A model generated the notes under the pieces. It saw only the letters and a list, made by a program, of their open reading frames with translations. It was not told where the DNA came from and made no database searches. Both the position numbers and the translations under genes were made by a program. Shown here piece by piece: positions 18,030 through 26,788 of a stretch of 32,000 nucleotides of DNA; the stretch's first letter is position 1, and the number at the start of each line of letters is the position of its first letter. Source of the DNA: Promethearchaeum syntrophicum. GTDB taxonomy: Archaea; Asgardarchaeota; Lokiarchaeia; Sigyniarchaeales; Promethearchaeaceae. The stretch lies in the NCBI RefSeq assembly GCF_008000775.2, contig NZ_CP042905.2, forward strand, positions 540,001-572,000, written 5' to 3'.

Positions 18030-19460
18030 CTAGAGATTCATTTCTTCAAGTTTTTTCTTTATTTCAGATACTTTTTCTGGATTTAAGTCATTCATCTTCC
18101 AAAAAATAATAACTCCAATTAAAATGAAAATCATTGGGAAAAAAGATAAATGCAAGCGAATACCGATAATTGCTTCAGGTGGTTGGTCTACATTGGGTTC
18201 ATTTATAAAATTAGTAAGTTCATGGACAATTCCAAAAGTAATTGCTTGCACTGCAAAAGCAATTCGTCCAAAAAACGCTCTAAAACCCATGTAAATTCCA
18301 TCATTTCGCTTACCCGTTTTTACAACGATTTCATCTATAACATCTGCCATTGCTGGGGTTATGAGAAACCAAAATCCTCCAAAACCCAAACCGAATGAAA
18401 ATACAGTAATTGTATATCCCGTATAGGATGTAACAAACGTCATGGCTATTAATGAAACGATAATAACCATTGCGGATAAAATTAATGATTTCTGATTGCT
18501 TTGGATTCTTTTTGAAACAAATGACCACAATGGTACTGATATCAGTGCGCCAACAAGCATCCCTGCAAAAATTATTGTAGTGTCACTGGCTTCACCGGGT
18601 AACACATAGTCACCGAGATAGTGCACTGAACCGGTCATAGACAATGTACAACTTTGATAAAGGAAATATAGTAGTACAAACGCCATAAAATTTTTCTGCT
18701 TAAAAGCTTCTTTCATTTGTTTGAAGAACGATTCATGTTTTTGATTCTCTTTTTTCATCACGTCATGTTCTTGTATATACCTTGCAATCATATCCGGTTC
18801 TTCTCGACATCCGGGAAGCATTAAAAAGAATAAAATTAATCCGATAACTGTAAAAATCAATGCAGTTATAATATAAGATTGATCAACTTCATAATCGACA
18901 ATAAGGGTTGGAAGAATTGATCCTATTGCAATTCCAAATACGCCAATAACAGTTGCTATGCCAGCAGCCCAAGATCTAATTTTATTACCACGGAATTTAT
19001 CAGGGAATAGACTTTGATAATTTAACTCCCAAATTGAGAAGAAAGTATCATGTGTGCATGTAGTGAATATCATCCATAGTAATAGCCATATTTGATTGCC
19101 TTCTGGGTTTGAGGAAATCGATCCTGGTACAATAAAAATTAAGAGTAAGGTAAATACCCAAATAAATCCACCTCCAACTATCCATGGAAATCTTCGTCCC
19201 CATTTTTTTGCGAAGCGAGTCGGACGGATTGTTAAATGTCCAACTAAAGGATCATTAATTGCATTCCAAAGTGAATAAACAACAAAACCAACAGTCGAAA
19301 GCAACGGGTCCAAGCCCATGTTCGTTTCATAATATTTATAAACGAGTGCGCTGAAGGCAGCCGAGAAAAATTCCACCAAAAACTTTCCTGTACCATATGA
19401 AGCCATAATTTTCTTCGAAGGTTCTTGAGATGTTTCAGATTTTAAGTTTGTTTCCGTCAT
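18030..19460 (-). CDS. MFS transporter, GPH-type (glycoside-pentoside-hexuronide:cation symporter-like)
   Basis: 476 aa. NAINDPLVGHLTIRPTRFAKKWGRRFPWIVGGG and about 12 hydrophobic segments. Confidence 0.88.
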   Translation of the reverse strand: MTETNLKSETSQEPSKKIMASYGTGKFLVEFFSAAFSALVYKYYETNMGLDPLLSTVGFVVYSLWNAINDPLVGHLTIRPTRFAKKWGRRFPWIVGGGFIWVFTLLLIFIVPGSISSNPEGNQIWLLLWMIFTTCTHDTFFSIWELNYQSLFPDKFRGNKIRSWAAGIATVIGVFGIAIGSILPTLIVDYEVDQSYIITALIFTVIGLILFFLMLPGCREEPDMIARYIQEHDVMKKENQKHESFFKQMKEAFKQKNFMAFVLLYFLYQSCTLSMTGSVHYLGDYVLPGEASDTTIIFAGMLVGALISVPLWSFVSKRIQSNQKSLILSAMVIIVSLIAMTFVTSYTGYTITVFSFGLGFGGFWFLITPAMADVIDEIVVKTGKRNDGIYMGFRAFFGRIAFAVQAITFGIVHELTNFINEPNVDQPPEAIIGIRLHLSFFPMIFILIGVIIFWKMNDLNPEKVSEIKKKLEEMNL

Positions 19461-19635
19461 GATTACAATTCCATTTTTAATTTCTGTAATATAGTAACAA
19501 ATTACTATATATCACTTTCTGCCTTATTGTATTAAAATCTTAATATATTTAAACGGAATTAAAGAAGAAAAACCAAAAAATGGAAAAAAGAAAATAAGTT
19601 CACAACCAACTTGATTAATCTAAATTACAAATGTA

Positions 19636-20919
19636 TTATTTTTCTCCATAATGAGTTATTTCTGTTGATTTTAATAGGATAAAATAGATTACTAATGAAA
19701 TAACTGGACTTAAAATGAAAATCAAGTATATTGAAATATACTGGCCCAAAATTCCCCATATTACCAAACCAACTGGATTAATAGATTTTATTAATGTAAA
19801 CATGGTTGAGAAGACACGTCCTTGCAATTCTTTAGGAATATTCACTTGTAAAACAGATATAAGTTGGGTATCAATAAAAGCCAATACCACCCCTAGGATA
19901 CCACAAGTAATATAAAATAGCCAAAATACTCCTTTTGGAACAATCGCCATTAATAATACACTTACTGAGAGTAAAACTCCAAAAGTTACTACACTCTTCA
20001 TTGTAGATTTTTTCTTTGAAGCTATCAATATAAAACTCCCAAGTAATAGTCCTACATGAAACATAATTTCAGTAATTCCATATTCCGTTGCAGTTCCTAA
20101 GTGATGATCCACAATTAACAAAGGTAGTAAGCTGAAAATAGGAACTACAATAAAATTTGCGATAGCAAAATAAAAAAATACAGGCATTAATCCAGAATCT
20201 TTTATATATTTCATTCCTTCACTAAAATCTTTTTTAAACGACATTTTTTGTGATTGTTCATCTCCGGAAACCTTTGGAATTTTTATAACCAAAAGCACTA
20301 TTGCAGTAGGAATAAAGGAGAAAACGTCTAACCAATAAATCTGTTCAATTGGGAAAATGTTTACTAAATAAGCACCTATTGCTGGAGTACTAATCATTAA
20401 TAATGAACTGAGTATTTGTTGAATTGCATTGATTTTTTTAATTTTTTCATCGGGAACCATTAAAGATGTTACCGCTACAGAAACAGGCATTTGAAATCCT
20501 TGACATATCCCCCGAACACCCATTAAAAGGATTATCTGCCAGATCTGGAATATCCCTAGGTAAAAGAGAATTATTAATCCTAAAGTAGCTACTGCTTGCA
20601 GCGCGTCGGTAAAAATTAGAATAAAATTTTTAGAAAATTTATCCGCAATCACCCCTGCTATCGGGGAAATAATAATCATTGGGACCAAATTGGCAAATGT
20701 TGCAAGCGAAAGAATTAAGGAGCTTTCTGTGGTTATTGTTAAATACCAAATTACTGCGAAACTGACAATTTGACTTCCAATTAGTGAAAAATATTGGGAT
20801 ATAAATATTGTTATATAGCCTAAGTAATTTTTTTTAGGTTTTTCGGTACTTAATGAGAGATTTTCTGCAGTTTGAGTTTCTGCGTCTGTATTTTTTTGAG
20901 TTTCTATTTGTAATTCCAT
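19636..20919 (-). CDS. MFS transporter (MFS_3 / EntS-like exporter)
   Basis: 427 aa. SLIGSQIVSFAVIWYLTITTESSLILSLATFANLVPMIIISPIAGVIADKFSKNFILI and FIDTQLISVLQVNIPKELQGRVFS. Confidence 0.88.
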   Translation of the reverse strand: MELQIETQKNTDAETQTAENLSLSTEKPKKNYLGYITIFISQYFSLIGSQIVSFAVIWYLTITTESSLILSLATFANLVPMIIISPIAGVIADKFSKNFILIFTDALQAVATLGLIILFYLGIFQIWQIILLMGVRGICQGFQMPVSVAVTSLMVPDEKIKKINAIQQILSSLLMISTPAIGAYLVNIFPIEQIYWLDVFSFIPTAIVLLVIKIPKVSGDEQSQKMSFKKDFSEGMKYIKDSGLMPVFFYFAIANFIVVPIFSLLPLLIVDHHLGTATEYGITEIMFHVGLLLGSFILIASKKKSTMKSVVTFGVLLSVSVLLMAIVPKGVFWLFYITCGILGVVLAFIDTQLISVLQVNIPKELQGRVFSTMFTLIKSINPVGLVIWGILGQYISIYLIFILSPVISLVIYFILLKSTEITHYGEK

Positions 20920-21368
20920 TTAGTTTGTCACCCTGAACATAAGTTTCGTTTTACATTATACATAAAATTATAAATTTTTATACACATCATAATTAGAAAA
21001 AATAAAAATAAAAAATTAATAAAATTGAAATCGCATTTCTGAATAGCTTGTTCTGTTCAAATTTTCAGCCATAGTGCCATAAGCATTTTTTTTCGTATAG
21101 TATTTTTGATTGTTCTTCATTTTTTTTCACCATTATAATTTAAGGTTATAATAATATAATAGAAACATGAGTATTTAAATGTTGTGTAAAAAGTGTGTAA
21201 TAAAAATATGTATTTCTATTAACTTGATTTAACTAACGTAAATATATCAACAACAACAATAAGAAGATTTTTTGAAATGTGTAATTATTGAAAACACAGT
21301 ATAAATTTCAAAATATCATCACTTTTAATTTCAGAAATTTTTTTGGGAAGACTCCATTGATCTACATA

Positions 21369-21683
21369 ATGGCAATTTTAAATTCTGAATCTTTAATTCA
21401 AATTAAAATTCGATTCTTTTCCAGTTTAAGAAGTACAACGGGTTTAGATCAAATTGAAATCCCGATAAATGAGGGAGAAACAATATTAAATGTCCTTCAT
21501 CAAGTTGAGAATAAATATTTCATTCCAAAAAATGCCCAGTTATTAGACGGAGATAGAAAAAAATTAGCAGTTGGCACTCTATGTTTAATTAATGATGTAG
21601 ATATCTCACTTTCAGGCGGACTAAATCAAAAAATAAATAGTTCTATAAATATTACTTTGATTTCTTCAATTCATGGGGGCTAA
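21369..21683 (+). CDS. MoaD/ThiS-like ubiquitin-fold (sulfur-carrier/SAMP-like) protein ending in Gly-Gly
   Basis: From ATG 21369: MAILNSESLIQIKIRFFSSLRSTTGLDQIEIPINEGETILNVLHQVENKY...SSIHGG-stop. The track start at 21288 adds an unlikely N-terminal extension. Confidence 0.7.
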   Translation: MAILNSESLIQIKIRFFSSLRSTTGLDQIEIPINEGETILNVLHQVENKYFIPKNAQLLDGDRKKLAVGTLCLINDVDISLSGGLNQKINSSINITLISSIHGG

Positions 21684-22010
21684 AAAGAGATTTTTCTTTG
21701 GAATCTCGATATTATTTATTAATATCGAATATGAATATATTAGTCAAAATTATATCCAATCGTGTAATTTTTTAACCATATATCAATTATTGATGCATTC
21801 CTCGTGCAGAAGAGAATATTATAGGGATTTACCAAACAACTTTTCTAAAAGCAATAAATAATAATTATTATCTTAATCAATTTTGACTTCTTTCTCATTA
21901 CAATAAAAATTGAAATGATATAAAATCAGTAAATGATTAAATTTTCATCTTTTTTTGTCCTCCTTAAATCTTTTCATTGATTAATCTCTCGGTTCACTCA
22001 ACCATTCGTC

Positions 22011-23345
22011 TTAAAAAACTAAGGAAGCTCGGTACATCCTGATTTGAGCATGGCTAAATTGTCGGAGGGTTGGACCTTGCTTCCAGCTTTTTGGGATTTG
22101 CCCTTTAATTTTTCGTTTCGCGCGTTCAAGTTGCCATGTATTATACGCCCAATATTGTGTGGATCGCATCAGAAATTTACGTACATTGGTATGGGCATTG
22201 GAAGGAGGGGAAATTCGATTTAGATCGCGAAACCCCGTTTCGATCTGCCATCTCCGATCATATTTTCTACAAATCCCAACTGCCCAGCCTTGTTTCTGCT
22301 TTATTCCCACAGGAGGGGGGAAGGTAGTAACCATTACCATTATTTCTTTCATTGCATCTTGCAAATTCATCTTTTTTTGTTTAAAATCTCGTCGTATGTC
22401 CCGCAATCGCCTTCCCTGACGATTAGTTAATATTAACCATACGGGAATTCCCGGCGAGTGGTAATATTTCTTTGGTGCTCCCTTTATTGTGTATTTACGT
22501 ATGTAATTCCCCCCATTTTTTAGGAAATCTTCTAATAATTTCTTAATCGGTGACCATTTCTTATACGGTCCGACATAGTGGATTCCTCTGACATGTAACT
22601 CTGCGAAAAATTCGTAGGTGGGGAACCAGCGATCACCTAACACATAGTCGATTTGAAATCCTTCTATAATCAACTGATCTATACAACCCATGATATCTGG
22701 AACGTTTGAATGCCCTTTCTTAATGATCGAAACGCCACAAAATAAACTTGTCTTCTTGCTTCTGATCATGATTCCGAGGTACTTCCGCCTCCTAGATGTA
22801 CCCGGACCTTTATTACTCTTATTAATAAATGAATTGGCAGGATATCGATCCGAACCGTAATACCATTGGTCATTATTATCCACCAGAATAGAAATATTCT
22901 TGTCAATTAACCCTTCCCGTAACGCATAATTTATTTGGGCAAGAAAAATCACTTGGTTCACCTTTTTGGCGATCCACATAGGCAACATTTGTCTGTACTT
23001 ACGGACCTGATCTCCATGTGGGCATAACCGTTCAAATTTTCTGGTTTTTGAACAGATTTTTTTAGAAAAACGTTTTCTTCTGCGATGTCTATTCAATTGT
23101 TCCCATTTCATACGATTTAATTCATTGGATGCCTCATCAATCGAGAGATTCATCATAGTGTGGAGGATGAGGACTTCCCAAAAGTCTTCGGCAGAGTATT
23201 TATTACCGATTCTTCGCGAGATGTGTGTCTTACTAATCACTTCGAGTGCAAGATTTTTTAGCCATGGAACCCAATATTCATATGGGCACGATTCTTCTGC
23301 GGGAAGGAGCGCTAACTCCGTTCCGCTTGTTGTATGCATAGGCAT
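22011..23345 (-). CDS. IS4-superfamily-like DDE transposase
   Basis: 444 aa. Candidate DDE residues in NISILVDNNDQWYY, IDYVLGDRWFPTYEFF and RRWQIETGFRDLNRI (Y-x2-R-x3-E pattern). Basic C-terminus. Confidence 0.85.
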   Translation of the reverse strand: MPMHTTSGTELALLPAEESCPYEYWVPWLKNLALEVISKTHISRRIGNKYSAEDFWEVLILHTMMNLSIDEASNELNRMKWEQLNRHRRRKRFSKKICSKTRKFERLCPHGDQVRKYRQMLPMWIAKKVNQVIFLAQINYALREGLIDKNISILVDNNDQWYYGSDRYPANSFINKSNKGPGTSRRRKYLGIMIRSKKTSLFCGVSIIKKGHSNVPDIMGCIDQLIIEGFQIDYVLGDRWFPTYEFFAELHVRGIHYVGPYKKWSPIKKLLEDFLKNGGNYIRKYTIKGAPKKYYHSPGIPVWLILTNRQGRRLRDIRRDFKQKKMNLQDAMKEIMVMVTTFPPPVGIKQKQGWAVGICRKYDRRWQIETGFRDLNRISPPSNAHTNVRKFLMRSTQYWAYNTWQLERAKRKIKGQIPKSWKQGPTLRQFSHAQIRMYRASLVF

Positions 23346-23347
23346 GT

Positions 23348-23374
23348 TTACAAGGAAGAATCGGCTCCTTGTAA
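23348..23374 (-). promoter_or_regulatory. Hairpin immediately upstream of the transposase start: TTACAAGGA-agaatcggc-TCCTTGTAA
   Basis: Perfect 9-bp arms, 9-nt loop, beginning 3 nt from the start codon (CAT at 23343-23345). Confidence 0.6.
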
Positions 23375-23546
23375 GTCTTATGCATCGACAAAAAGAGTTT
23401 ACTCAAAGACTGAAAATGAAAGAAAAATATTGTAAAAAAGCTTCATTTATAGTGATTATAGAAGGAATAATTCTTTGAACCCTCTAAGGAATATTTTATG
23501 GAAAATTTGAAGAAAATAAAGGTAAAAAAAGCAAACTAAAAAAAGG

Positions 23547-24221
23547 TTAACCTCCGAACAAAATCAGGGGTTCTCCCGCAATCCAAACCATAAATCCTTG
23601 GACTAAACAGAATGCTGCTGTGATTAAAGCCATTGGAGGCCATGAGATAAATTTGGAAATAGCTTCTATACTTGATAACCAGAATTTGATCGAAACTCCA
23701 ACTATCGTGGCAACCAACGCAAACAAACCAAATAAGATCCATTTCATATTAACGTATCCATTAGCTGCTTCAATGAAATCTGCTGGTAGAATCAATGCAA
23801 CCAGAAGAGCTGCCGCAGCACCCGCTGCTAAACCAATCAAAGCCGCCAATGGTAAATCTTCAAGAGGTTTTAGAAACATTGCAATCCCCATTACAATTAA
23901 AGCAATACTGGTTAACCAGTCAAAATGACTTCCATGTTTGCTTTCATAAGCTAATGAGGGTCGAATATTCATTACCATGGTTACAATTCCAGTTAAAAGC
24001 GTGATCACTCCTAATATTATTCCTATTCCAATTATAATCTTCAGAGCGCGGGAAACCTTATCTCGTTCCCATTCTTCTCCTTTAGGTTTAACCCAACCTC
24101 GTCTAACACCTTCATAGAAGAACCATACTAATGCCATTAATCCGCATATGACAAGCATAATTGCACCAGAGTCAGCAAAAAGATTGACAAATGCGTCCAA
24201 AAACGCGTTTTGTAACATCAT
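23547..24221 (-). CDS. Hypothetical multi-pass membrane protein
   Basis: 224 aa, about six hydrophobic segments. No family recognised. Confidence 0.75.
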   Translation of the reverse strand: MMLQNAFLDAFVNLFADSGAIMLVICGLMALVWFFYEGVRRGWVKPKGEEWERDKVSRALKIIIGIGIILGVITLLTGIVTMVMNIRPSLAYESKHGSHFDWLTSIALIVMGIAMFLKPLEDLPLAALIGLAAGAAAALLVALILPADFIEAANGYVNMKWILFGLFALVATIVGVSIKFWLSSIEAISKFISWPPMALITAAFCLVQGFMVWIAGEPLILFGG

Positions 24222-24384
24222 TTTTTATCACTTGTTATTATAGAATAAAATTCCTACTTAAATAAAATTAGATTAATTATGTTAATTAAATTAGTGGGTG
24301 CCAAATCTTATAATCTCTTGAAAAAAAGGGTAATTTCAAAATTTTCAATTTCACCAAATTTCCTTTAACATTTGATCTAAATTT

Positions 24385-24400
24385 TGACCAAATTTGGTCA
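24385..24400. promoter_or_regulatory. Perfect 16-bp palindrome TGACCAAATTTGGTCA in a divergent intergenic region
   Basis: Read directly: ttttgaccaaatttggtcagaa. Confidence 0.5.
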
Positions 24401-24544
24401 GAAATTAAGCCGACTTTAAATGACTGAAATAAAAATAACACAAAATGTTTAAAATAAATTGCAAATTTTGTTATGTAATCCATTAATTAGTAGTATTTGA
24501 TAGAAACTACTTATTTGGAGTATTTTATTAAGAGGTCAACAAAA

Positions 24545-24946
24545 ATGGTAGATAAAGAAGCTATAATGGACAAGATTGAATCCGGAAGTTTCGGTATTGA
24601 TGATTTAGAAGATTATTTAACCTTATTCTTAGAGGTTAGTAATGAATCCGAAGATGTTCAAGAGGAAGTTGAAGGCTGGAATCGAAAATTGTTAATTCAC
24701 CTTAGTGATACCGATAATTTCTGGTTACAAATCGCAGAAGGAAAATTTACATCTGGAAAGGGGGATGCTGATGATGGGGATGTCACATTAGAAATGACGG
24801 GGGAGACTGCTGCCGGAGTTTTTACGGGAGAAATTGATGCTACATCGGCTTACATGTCTGGAGAATTAAAAATTGTAGGTCCATTACCAGATGCCGTTAA
24901 ATTTCGAACTCTTACCGAATTGGTTCGAGAAGAATTGGAAGAATAA
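24545..24946 (+). CDS. SCP2 sterol-transfer-domain-like protein
   Basis: From ATG 24545 (MVDKEAIMDKIESG...): NRKLLIHLSDTDNFWLQIAEGKFTSGKGDADDGDVTLEMTGETAAGVFTGEIDATSAYMSGELKIVGPLPDAVKF fits the SCP2 profile. Confidence 0.8.
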   Translation: MVDKEAIMDKIESGSFGIDDLEDYLTLFLEVSNESEDVQEEVEGWNRKLLIHLSDTDNFWLQIAEGKFTSGKGDADDGDVTLEMTGETAAGVFTGEIDATSAYMSGELKIVGPLPDAVKFRTLTELVREELEE

Positions 24947-25066
24947 TTTTTTTTTTCATATTTCACCCTTTTTTTCAAAAATACTTTTTAGAATTACATT
25001 TTTTTCTAATATTTCCATATATTTCATACTAGCAGAATAATTAAACAGATATTTACACAATAAAGT

Positions 25067-25942
25067 ATGGTTGAAAAAATTGCCTTTGTTTTTTCAGGTG
25101 GTTCTAGTTTTGGTAGTATGGAAGTAGGAATGCTAAAAGCATTGACTGAATACGGAATAACAGCTGATTTTGTTGTTGGAACATCTGTCGGGGCATTAAA
25201 TGCTACATATTACGCTTACCATCCAAATTTAGAGGGAGTTCAAAAATTAGAAAAAATTTGGCATTCAATAAAATCCAAGGATATTTTTCCTGTTTCTCCC
25301 TTTAAAAGTATACTAAGAATTATCAAAAAGGAAAATTATCTTATTAATTCAAACGGATTGGAAAAATTACTAATAGACGTTCTTCCATGCAATAATTTAG
25401 AGGACACAAAAATTCCAGTTCATGTGGTTACCACTGATGTTCTAACTGGTGAAGAAGTGGTTTTTTCTTCAGGAAATGCGGTTCAAAGGCTTCTTGCTAG
25501 TGCAGCCATTCCAGTGACATACCCCTCTGTAGAAATTGGCAAACATCTTCTGATTGATGGTGGGGTTTTAAACAATACACCGATTTCAACAGCAGTAAGA
25601 TTTGGTGCAACAAAAGTTATAGTTCTTCCAACCGGATATACATGTGATCGACGCGAAGAACCATCAAGTTTGATTGAAATGATTCTAACATCATATAGCT
25701 ATATGCAACATCAAAAGTTAGCAACTGATATTGAATTTTACAAAGAAAAAACAAAATTAAAAGTTATTCCACCTCTGTGCCCGATTTCTGTATCACCTAA
25801 AGATTTTTCAAAATCAAAAGAATTAATTGAAAGAGCCTATGAATCAACTCAAAAATGGCTCAAAACAGGCAATTTAGAATCAGATGAAGTCCCTCAACTA
25901 ATGAAATTTCATAGTCATAATGATGAAATGGAACACATGTAA
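25067..25942 (+). CDS. Patatin-like phospholipase
   Basis: 291 aa. FSGGSSFGSMEVGML oxyanion region, GTSVGALNA nucleophile elbow, LIDGG Asp motif. Confidence 0.93.
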   Translation: MVEKIAFVFSGGSSFGSMEVGMLKALTEYGITADFVVGTSVGALNATYYAYHPNLEGVQKLEKIWHSIKSKDIFPVSPFKSILRIIKKENYLINSNGLEKLLIDVLPCNNLEDTKIPVHVVTTDVLTGEEVVFSSGNAVQRLLASAAIPVTYPSVEIGKHLLIDGGVLNNTPISTAVRFGATKVIVLPTGYTCDRREEPSSLIEMILTSYSYMQHQKLATDIEFYKEKTKLKVIPPLCPISVSPKDFSKSKELIERAYESTQKWLKTGNLESDEVPQLMKFHSHNDEMEHM

Positions 25943-25992
25943 AAAGAAACAATAAAAAAAAATTAGAAATTAAAATTCAATTCATATATCAA

Positions 25993-26403
25993 TTATAGGA
26001 AATGAATTAGTGAAGCTGAGATTGCCCCAATAACTATTCCTGCTGCCCACGGGATTAAAATTGATTCAACTAAAGTTTCTAATACATATGCTTTTAAATT
26101 TGTTAATGAAATTGACTCTTCAGACATAGATACATCTGTCAATAAAGTGCTTATGAGGAGGATATGAATCCCATAAAATGTAAGAATAACCCATTCAGGA
26201 GTTGCTGGTATAATGTATACAAATAATGCTGTTACTCCACAAACTAATCCCCATCCTCCTAAATCGCCCAAAAAGAAAATTTTCCAGTCTAAGTAGATGT
26301 CGTCCTTGTTTGCTATTATGAAAAAAATCAAATGAGCAATATGAGCTGGTAACCAAAAGGAATAGAGAAATATAATTAATTGTGCATCAGTAAATAACGC
26401 CAT
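25993..26403 (-). CDS. Small hypothetical membrane protein
   Basis: 136 aa with about four hydrophobic segments. Confidence 0.65.
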   Translation of the reverse strand: MALFTDAQLIIFLYSFWLPAHIAHLIFFIIANKDDIYLDWKIFFLGDLGGWGLVCGVTALFVYIIPATPEWVILTFYGIHILLISTLLTDVSMSEESISLTNLKAYVLETLVESILIPWAAGIVIGAISASLIHFL

Positions 26404-26689
26404 TGAGTATTACTAATTTTGTAAAAATATAAATGTATCTTGCGATCGATAGGTTGAAAAAGGAAAATAAGTATAAAACAAATTTTAGTCCTTATCAACC
26501 ATTCTGTTTCTAATCATGAATTTTGGGAGAAAATAAACATTTATGGGATTTTTTTTATTCTTATATTAAAGAACCGAAAAAATTATAAACAAAACTTAAG
26601 AACTTCATACATCAACGAATTTTTGCTACAGTTGTGAACTTATTTGGAAAGTTTACAAGAATAATGACAAGAATTGGTTGACAAATATT

Positions 26690-26772
26690 GGTTTCAAATA
26701 AGTTGGGGGAATTTTTCATATTAATCAGTTGTATTTAGATGAAAATAGATAATTCTAGATTTATTTGGAACT
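26690..26772 (+). promoter_or_regulatory. Imperfect inverted repeat in metallopeptidase copy 1 upstream region (GGTTTCAAATAAGTT ... GATTTATTTGGAACT)
   Basis: 15 consecutive pairs allowing G.T: 26690-26704 with 26758-26772, loop of 53 nt. Counterpart at the same relative place upstream of copy 2. Confidence 0.5.
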
Positions 26773-26788
26773 AAAACGTGTGATTAAA

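Larger units (their letters stand above)
22011..23374 (-). mobile_element. Insertion-sequence copy (IS4-like); true ends not resolved
   Basis: Single transposase ORF. I could not find convincing terminal inverted repeats or a target-site duplication by eye, so boundaries are a minimum. Confidence 0.5.

Noticed and set aside
21132-21152. ATTATAA-tttaagg-TTATAAT inverted repeat upstream of the MoaD-like gene
   Set aside because: Pure A/T arms in a highly AT-rich intergenic region; expected often by chance.
23125-23478. 117-aa plus-strand ORF antisense to the transposase N-terminus
   Set aside because: Low-similarity antisense ORF over a well-supported transposase CDS; no domain features.
21861-23546. 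Search for terminal inverted repeats and a target-site duplication around the transposase
   Set aside because: Only weak partial matches such as 'tctttttttgtcc' (left) versus 'ctctttttgtcg' (reverse complement of right) were seen. Not convincing enough to call IS ends.
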